From the IMG/VR virus record IMGVR_UViG_3300029705_004726: a stretch of DNA of 64,000 nucleotides. One strand, written 5' to 3'. Position 1 is the stretch's first letter, and every line of letters starts with the position of its first letter. The notes under the pieces were generated by a model. It saw only the letters and a list, made by a program, of their open reading frames with translations. It was not told the origin of the DNA and made no database searches. Position numbers and translations under genes: made by a program. The DNA is from an uncultured virus (IMG/VR IMGVR_UViG_3300029705_004726) (lineage: Duplodnaviria; Heunggongvirae; Uroviricota; Caudoviricetes). This document shows, one piece after another, positions 57,930 to 64,000 of this stretch.

Positions 57930-58520
57930 ATGAGTGAAAAAGATAATATGACGGTTGTTGTAATTAGTTATAGTTTTGATGCAGAGGTGGTTGCTGTTAT
58001 TTGTGATGATTATCCGTCTGCCTGTAAATTTATAAAAGAAGATTTTGAAAGAGAAAGAAAAATTGATGAAGAAGAAAACGGGTATGAAATTGATGAAACT
58101 GTTACAAAGTTAGATGCGGAAAACGGGTACGCTGTTCTTGGAACGATTTATCGTTCTAGTCCTGAGACAGAGACAACCACATGGAAGATTGCAAGAAATA
58201 TAGATATTCGTGGACAAAAAGAAAAAGAGAAGCCTATTTCCACTTCTGATGATGGCAAGGATATAGAAAGTCTTAGAGAAAGATTTAGCGAGGAAATGGA
58301 TTTGGCTGTTCAATCAGAACTTGGGTATGATAGTGATAATCTTACATCTGATGGTTGGGACTTTCTCGAATATGAAGCGTCTGAATTAATTTTGAAATGT
58401 CTTGCTAAATTAGATGATACTGAATTAGATGATATTACTCAGGAAGATATAAATGAAATATTAAGTAAGATAATTTCTGAGTATGAACAGACACACTCAA
58501 ATATTCGTTATTATGAATAA
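57930..58520 (+). CDS. Acidic hypothetical protein
   Basis: AAGGAGG RBS; promoter and terminator. Confidence 0.72.
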   Translation: MSEKDNMTVVVISYSFDAEVVAVICDDYPSACKFIKEDFERERKIDEEENGYEIDETVTKLDAENGYAVLGTIYRSSPETETTTWKIARNIDIRGQKEKEKPISTSDDGKDIESLRERFSEEMDLAVQSELGYDSDNLTSDGWDFLEYEASELILKCLAKLDDTELDDITQEDINEILSKIISEYEQTHSNIRYYE

Positions 58521-58565
58521 TAGAAATCCCCTAAGCACGGTATTGTGCCTAGGGGATTATTTTGT

Positions 58566-58820
58566 TTACCATGCAGGTTTTTTAAGAAGAGAATCGAACG
58601 GAATTTTGTTAGTACGTTCATCGTAGATTAACGTATAACCATTAATTCCTTCTGCATATTTCTCTCTTTGCTCAATATTTGTCCAGGTAATTGTAACACT
58701 TCCTCCATGAGCGAATACAAGCACAGCCTGTGGCAAACTACTTCCTTCTTCTGTGATGCGAATTGCAGTTATCGGTCCCTGCTTGTTTACATCATACTCT
58801 CTTTTCTTTCCTTCTGGCAT
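58566..58820 (-). CDS. Hypothetical protein
   Basis: AAGGAAGG RBS. Confidence 0.62.
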   Translation of the reverse strand: MPEGKKREYDVNKQGPITAIRITEEGSSLPQAVLVFAHGGSVTITWTNIEQREKYAEGINGYTLIYDERTNKIPFDSLLKKPAW

Positions 58821-58992
58821 AATGTACCTTCCTTTCTTGACTTTTGTTATTTACTTCATATTTTAATTATATAATTAAATTTAAAAAATAAAAAAATAAT
58901 GATATAATTTATATATTAAGTTTAGACGTACACAGTATATTAGACGTAAGTAACCATAGATAATGCAAGAGAGAAAAAAGGAGGATGCGATT

Positions 58993-59472
58993 ATGATGAG
59001 TATCGCTAAAATCAATGAGCTGTGGCTCGAATTTGTAGCAAAGATGGCTATTTACACCAATGTGTTTTCTGCTGTTGTAATTGATGATATTGATATCAAT
59101 GAAGACTATGCAGAAATGTGTCTGAAAGATTATTTGGATGTGCGTGACAGGTTAGTCGATGCATTAGCAGATATTTTTCTTTTAGATGCATGGGCTCAGT
59201 ATGAGTATCTGGGCGAAAATTACGTTAATGACGGGTATCAGGAGTTTAGCAACAGAGAAGAAGCAAAAAAATATTTGGAATTATTATTTGCTGAGACAGA
59301 ACATGACCCAGCAGAAATTAACACAGACGTAATTAGTATTGGTGATTACCTGTTGGTTTTGCAGGTTGTTAGACAGTCTATTATTGATTGTGGTAGACGT
59401 CGTTATCTTGTTACATTTAGAGAAGTTCTTCGCAAAAAGAGAGAAGACATCGACCGTGTTGATGAGGATTAA
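58993..59472 (+). CDS. Hypothetical protein
   Basis: AAGGAGG RBS. Confidence 0.68.
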   Translation: MMSIAKINELWLEFVAKMAIYTNVFSAVVIDDIDINEDYAEMCLKDYLDVRDRLVDALADIFLLDAWAQYEYLGENYVNDGYQEFSNREEAKKYLELLFAETEHDPAEINTDVISIGDYLLVLQVVRQSIIDCGRRRYLVTFREVLRKKREDIDRVDED

Positions 59473-59515
59473 CAAAAAGAACCTTGTGGTTATTACACCA
59501 CAAGGTTCTTGCCTT

Positions 59516-61690
59516 TTATACTGCTAATAATTCATTACAACAGTTATATTTAATATTTTTTTCATCACAGAATTTTTTTAAGAAAGCATCAAGGCCTTCT
59601 ACTGTATCCACATTACAATTATTGTATCCATGACATTGTCTAATCTTTTTATCACGAATTTCTAATGTAAAAAATGGTTTATCTAATTCTTCATTTTTAC
59701 GAATAAATAAAATATTCGTTTTTCCTTTTATGATAGCTTCGGCGTATGACCTTACACAATGGTTAAGAAGTATTCCCTCGTTTACAATATCTAGATATTC
59801 TTTTGGATATGTTATTGTAAATTTATCATCATTGAATGAAAAATACTTAAAATGTTTTTCTTTTTCTTTCAATTTTTTATTATACAGACTGATGTCACAA
59901 TTAGTATGTTTGATATTATATAATGCAGTTAAATTATCGTGATATCTTCTTAGTTCTTCTGCATTTTTAAATCTATATCTAATTGAATTTTTATCCATAT
60001 TTTCATATACGGCATACAACATATACATACAGTCTTCCCAAAAATGGTGATAAACATTATTCCATTCTTCCTGAGTGCATTTCAAACTTTCATACAAGTC
60101 ACAATAAGCGTCTAAATATCCAATTAGATTTTTGTGTCCGCATACTTTTATCAACAATTCAAAAGGTCCTATTTCCACCACAGGGAGTTTACGTATATTG
60201 TAATATTCAATCAAGTATTTAATCAGCGTATCTAATTGGTCATTATTCATTGATAAGAAATAGTTTGTATGGTCTTTATATAATTTTTTTAAACTTTTGA
60301 CGATATTTTTAACAAATACACTGTAAAAATAATTTTGAGAGCAGTCATAATCTATATTATCAATTATACTATTTACTTTTTTTACAAGATAAAACGGTGC
60401 TTTTACAGCTTTTGAAAAATCATTCTCATACTTGTTTATGCCACCAAACATATAAGACAATTGTTCATACGCTGAAAAGTTTTCTGGTGCGTCTTTAATA
60501 AAATTATTAAGACCTGATTTAATAAATTTCTCGTATAAAACATTTGTTATGCTTGCAAGAAGGTGCATGGATTTTGTCTTGTCTTCTATTCCATTTTTTT
60601 CGACTTCTTTTATCTCATCAGAAAAATATTTAAGTTTGCAATTATTAATTGCATCTTCTTCTATACAAAAGAAAGTTGTGTAAAAGGTATTTACTGGTAG
60701 CTCGTCGTTTAATACATTCCATCTATTAAAGAATTTTTGGCATACAAAAGTAGTGGTATCAGTTATGTATATTCTATATCCTTCATATTCACAAATATCG
60801 CCATTTTCAGGTTTTTCATTATCCATAACGTTTAATGTAAGAGCATCGTACATAGTGCAAAATATTCTTATTACACTTGTCGTTTCATTAATTTTTTCAA
60901 TTTTACTTTGTTTTATTAGAACATTTCTTGGAAATTGCCATAATTCTTTGTAATAATCACAAATATCTTTTCTATTGTCATTATTAGAAAAAAACTTCAT
61001 AAAATTATTAAAAGTTTCTCTCATCTTTTGATGTTCTTTTTTTGAAATAGGCTTTAAAGGAATATTAATTATATCATTATATTTTTTCTCATTTTTAGAT
61101 ATTTCTTTATTTTGAGGAGAAGTAAATAAATGTACAATATTCCGAATATCGTCAAACGGTAAGTATTGTGTAAAATGGTCATAAAACATATTACCAAAGA
61201 AGCCTCTTAATGTTGCAATTAAATGATGATGGCTATGATTAGACGCACTTAAATAGTCTCCATAACAATCGAGGGTAGAAAAATCAACAAAACAGGATAA
61301 CGCTATTATATTATTTCGATAGTAGTTTCCATGTTTATCTACTATGCAACAGGCGATTTCATCATTTTTCGAGACAAATTCCCACTTTCTTTTTTCATTC
61401 TTTTTTGGATTTGTTAAAGTATCAATTTTAACAAACTTAAATACTATAACATCTTCTTCCTTGTTGTGATAGCAAAAATAGCCTATTGTTGTTTTTTGAT
61501 ATCTATTAAACACAACAATGGACGTTTTATTTCTTTTAATTTCATCAAGAGAACCACTTTTGCCTGTTGTAAGGTTATGATATTCTTCATTTTCTAATTT
61601 TATTATTACATCACTTGCATCTTTTAATAACTCATCAATTGATACGTCTAGTCCCTTAAATATGTTTATATATTTGCTTTGTGTTTCCAT
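59516..61690 (-). CDS. PcfJ-domain protein (paralog 3)
   Basis: EGILLNHCVRSY...GKTNILFIRK...DKPFFTLEI...QCHG; full-length similarity to 51192..53423. Confidence 0.82.
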   Translation of the reverse strand: METQSKYINIFKGLDVSIDELLKDASDVIIKLENEEYHNLTTGKSGSLDEIKRNKTSIVVFNRYQKTTIGYFCYHNKEEDVIVFKFVKIDTLTNPKKNEKRKWEFVSKNDEIACCIVDKHGNYYRNNIIALSCFVDFSTLDCYGDYLSASNHSHHHLIATLRGFFGNMFYDHFTQYLPFDDIRNIVHLFTSPQNKEISKNEKKYNDIINIPLKPISKKEHQKMRETFNNFMKFFSNNDNRKDICDYYKELWQFPRNVLIKQSKIEKINETTSVIRIFCTMYDALTLNVMDNEKPENGDICEYEGYRIYITDTTTFVCQKFFNRWNVLNDELPVNTFYTTFFCIEEDAINNCKLKYFSDEIKEVEKNGIEDKTKSMHLLASITNVLYEKFIKSGLNNFIKDAPENFSAYEQLSYMFGGINKYENDFSKAVKAPFYLVKKVNSIIDNIDYDCSQNYFYSVFVKNIVKSLKKLYKDHTNYFLSMNNDQLDTLIKYLIEYYNIRKLPVVEIGPFELLIKVCGHKNLIGYLDAYCDLYESLKCTQEEWNNVYHHFWEDCMYMLYAVYENMDKNSIRYRFKNAEELRRYHDNLTALYNIKHTNCDISLYNKKLKEKEKHFKYFSFNDDKFTITYPKEYLDIVNEGILLNHCVRSYAEAIIKGKTNILFIRKNEELDKPFFTLEIRDKKIRQCHGYNNCNVDTVEGLDAFLKKFCDEKNIKYNCCNELLAV

Positions 61691-61756
61691 ATTGCCTCCT
61701 GTTTTTATTTATAAAGCCAGAATAAAATAATATTCTGGCTTTTAATAGTCTAAATT

Positions 61757-62074
61757 TTATTTACAAAATTCTTTCCATGTATAGTCATTATTGAAAACTG
61801 GATTATTATTCCAGATTTCAATTAATTTACTGCATATTTCTTTTTCTTCTTGCTCATTAGGATATAACAGTAAATCATCAACATTGTGCCAATCAACTTC
61901 ATCAAGAGGTTGAGAGTACGTCCAACTATCACATTCAATAACTTCAATCTTTTCTACTCTATTATTAACAGAAATGTTAGAGTAGACAATTTTTCCGTCA
62001 TCTAATTCAATCTCTGCTTCTAATGATAAAAACGGATAAATATGTGCAATTGTTCTTGTTCTCAAAATTTTCAT
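61757..62074 (-). CDS. Hypothetical protein
   Basis: AAGGAG RBS. Confidence 0.65.
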   Translation of the reverse strand: MKILRTRTIAHIYPFLSLEAEIELDDGKIVYSNISVNNRVEKIEVIECDSWTYSQPLDEVDWHNVDDLLLYPNEQEEKEICSKLIEIWNNNPVFNNDYTWKEFCK

Positions 62075-62239
62075 ATAGCATCACTCCTTTAATAAATTCA
62101 AATTTTTATTACATTATTATTATACCACATTTTATGATAAAAGTCTATACAAAAAGATGAAATTAAGAATTCTTTTTTCTTGTGTTTTTCCGTGTTTTGT
62201 GGTATAATGTATATATAATTATAAGGAGGTGTTTGTCAA

Positions 62240-62479
62240 ATGGAACGATATTTAGTAGTCATTATATGTAAAGAAGTTGAGCAGATTTGTTATGATATTT
62301 TAACTGAAAAAGAATATAAAACGTTATTAGATAAAAAAAGCCAAAAGGAAAAAGAAGATTATATTTTAGAATTAGAAGAAGAGAAAAAAATAACATATTA
62401 TCAACTTGGATTGTTATTTGAAGCTATAAATTTAAAAGAAATAAAGATTGTTGACACATATATATTTTATTGGGAATAA
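62240..62479 (+). CDS. Small hypothetical protein (paralog pair, first)
   Basis: Shared YLV...L..KEY...L.K....K.DY...LF.AI......I.DTY.F. Confidence 0.68.
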   Translation: MERYLVVIICKEVEQICYDILTEKEYKTLLDKKSQKEKEDYILELEEEKKITYYQLGLLFEAINLKEIKIVDTYIFYWE

Positions 62480-62491
62480 GGAGGCGTATAA

Positions 62492-62725
62492 ATGTATTTG
62501 GTTTCGGATGTAAATGTAAATGAAGATAAATATGTCTTTTATGTATTAAATAATAAGGAGTATATTGAATTCTTAAAAAAAGAAGGAGAAGTTAAAAAAA
62601 GAGATTATTTGAAGTATTCTTTTGCAATTAGTCCTAGTGCTAAAATATATTATAGCTTTAAGGATTTGTTTAAAGCGATAGATAGTGAAAATTTGACAAT
62701 TTTAGATACTTATGAATTTGTGTAA
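62492..62725 (+). CDS. Small hypothetical protein (paralog pair, second)
   Basis: Same motif as 62240..62479. Confidence 0.68.
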   Translation: MYLVSDVNVNEDKYVFYVLNNKEYIEFLKKEGEVKKRDYLKYSFAISPSAKIYYSFKDLFKAIDSENLTILDTYEFV

Positions 62726-62756
62726 AAAATTATTTTAAGTTAAATTAAAAAACGTA

Positions 62757-62785
62757 TTGACATATATCATAACTTATGGTATGAT
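62757..62785 (+). promoter_or_regulatory. sigmaA-type promoter
   Basis: TTGACA-17 bp-(TG)TATGAT. Confidence 0.82.
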
Positions 62786-62794
62786 ATATTCATA

Positions 62795-62879
62795 AGGTTA
62801 TAGCGGAAGAGACGATTACATCTAACACTTATTTGGAAAGTATTGCAGAAAAAAAAATCGTTTCTATTATTCATAGCCT
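62795..62879 (+). ncRNA. Y-RNA-like family copy G, with TTG (Gln)-like loop
   Basis: AGGTTAT-AGCGGA-AGAGACGAT-TACATC..ACTT-ATTTGGA-AAGT..ATCGTTTCT-ATTATTC-ATAGCCT. Confidence 0.75.
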
Positions 62880-62881
62880 AT

Positions 62882-63123
62882 ATAATTGATTATGAAAATC
62901 CTCTATGATGGTTGTATAAGTCCAGATATACACCACCATGGTATGTAATACTGGAACAAGCATATCAAAATAAAATTCAGAAGTTTGGAGGTCTTTTGGA
63001 TACTTGGTAGATAATAGTCGGAGCCGCGAGCTGTGTGAAAAGGTATGTGTACAAATACCGAATCTAGCCGAGAAAATCAGTCCGAGATGATTTTCTTTTG
63101 ACCGACCGCCATTTATAGTTATT
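62882..63123 (+). ncRNA. Candidate ~240-nt structured ncRNA with two potential pseudoknots
   Basis: Several hairpins; loop complements TCCAG/CTGGA and TCGGA/TCCGA; no ORF; between promoter and terminator. Confidence 0.6.
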
Positions 63124-63129
63124 ATTTAA

Positions 63130-63170
63130 ACCCCGCCGCGGATTGCAACCGTGACGGGGTATTTTCTTTT
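63130..63170. terminator. Intrinsic terminator between the ncRNA and the convergent SPFH gene
   Basis: ACCCCGCCGCGG/CCGTGACGGGGT stem followed by a T-rich tract. Confidence 0.75.
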
Positions 63171-63175
63171 GTTAA

Positions 63176-64000
63176 TTAAATTAAATCTTCATCATTAAAT
63201 ATATCACCACATTCAGGACAAAATCTAGGTGGTTTTGTATTATCTTCTGGTTGCCATCCGCATTTATCACATTTGTATTTTTTTATAATAGGCTTTGGAT
63301 TTCCACAATCTTTACAAAATTTTGTTGAATTAATAGAACCACAAGAACACTGCCAATTATTATTTGCTGGTGTTGGTTGTTCTCCATTTATTGGTTTTTT
63401 AGCCCCACAATTTACACAAAACTTAGTTGTATTATTAGTATTACATGAGCATTTCCACATATCTGTAGATGTTGTTGTTTGTTGCATAGGAGTAGTTTGG
63501 TTATAAAATCCTCCCATCGGTTGCATATTAGGAATTTGTTGATTATTGCTAAAGATATTACCATGTGTGTTTGTATTTCCCATAGTAAGTCCCATTCCAT
63601 ATAATCCAGAGATACCACCATTTTCACCAGCAGCTTTATATGCTTCCATTCTGTCTTTTTCAATTTCAAATTGCATTAAATTTGCATTTGCTGACATTGC
63701 GGCTTTTTCTGCTAATTGTTGTATCTTTTCTATGTACTCGTCTTCTGGAACAGGTGCCCCGTTAAATACAATAACAACCAGATTAATTCCATATAATCTT
63801 TCCCAGTTTGAGCCATTTTTTTCTTTGATTATTCTTCCAATATCTTCTGTATGTATAGCAAGCTCATCATACATCAAAGGTTGTTCTGTTCCTAATTTTG
63901 AGAAACTAGCAGCAACTGCTTGATTAATAGATGGTTTAATTAAAGCAAATGGTCCACCATCTTCAAAGGCTTCTTCTACTGTATATAAACCATCATTATC
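63176..64000 (-). CDS. SPFH/band-7-like protein with C-terminal zinc ribbons; 5' end outside the window
   Basis: Frame open to the window end; W...YGI.L, A.GEN.GG..G.GMG, repeated W.C.C...N..KFC..CG and FCPECG. Confidence 0.78.
   Translation of the reverse strand, partial: DNDGLYTVEEAFEDGGPFALIKPSINQAVAASFSKLGTEQPLMYDELAIHTEDIGRIIKEKNGSNWERLYGINLVVIVFNGAPVPEDEYIEKIQQLAEKAAMSANANLMQFEIEKDRMEAYKAAGENGGISGLYGMGLTMGNTNTHGNIFSNNQQIPNMQPMGGFYNQTTPMQQTTTSTDMWKCSCNTNNTTKFCVNCGAKKPINGEQPTPANNNWQCSCGSINSTKFCKDCGNPKPIIKKYKCDKCGWQPEDNTKPPRFCPECGDIFNDEDLI

Noticed and set aside
51192..61690. Diversity-generating retroelement TR/VR pair suggested by similar 3' ends of PcfJ paralogs
   Set aside because: Both copies are coding ends of full genes, differences are not visibly adenine-restricted, and no reverse transcriptase is in the window.

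Overview
AT-rich 64-kb segment, standard genetic code, that reads like the accessory region of a very large phage (or another large extrachromosomal element) of a gut Firmicute/Clostridia host. It has many short hypothetical ORFs in promoter-terminator cassettes, paralog families, dispersed tRNAs without encoded CCA, and a tmRNA. No capsid, terminase or replication genes lie in the window, so the phage call is inferred. Recognisable genes: HD-GYP and GGDEF proteins, a BspA-type LRR protein, a frameshifted telA with an xpaC-like gene, an HPr-like protein, Hsp20 under a perfect CIRCE operator, Ro60/TROVE (rsr), a five-gene exosortase G/Firmicu-CTERM cassette, a T4 Rnl1-like RNA ligase, two radical SAM enzymes, three PcfJ-domain proteins, an ATP-grasp enzyme and a lone CheY-like regulator. 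The main unannotated signal is RNA. A structured ncRNA family occurs in seven copies: three in tandem upstream of rsr and four at the heads of RNA operons. All share a covarying two-helix clamp (5'-stem-AGCAG..inner stem-TACATC..inner stem-TATTC-stem-3'), and several carry a variable cargo hairpin that mimics a tRNA anticodon arm (CAT, GTA, TTG, GAA-like). These are candidate Y RNAs that may act as anticodon decoys within an RNA-repair module (Ro60, RNA ligase, tRNAs, tmRNA). There are also several acceptor+T-arm-only tRNA mimics, a ~480-nt ROOL-like RNA and a ~240-nt double-pseudoknot RNA. All structures were read by eye; no folding or database searches were run.
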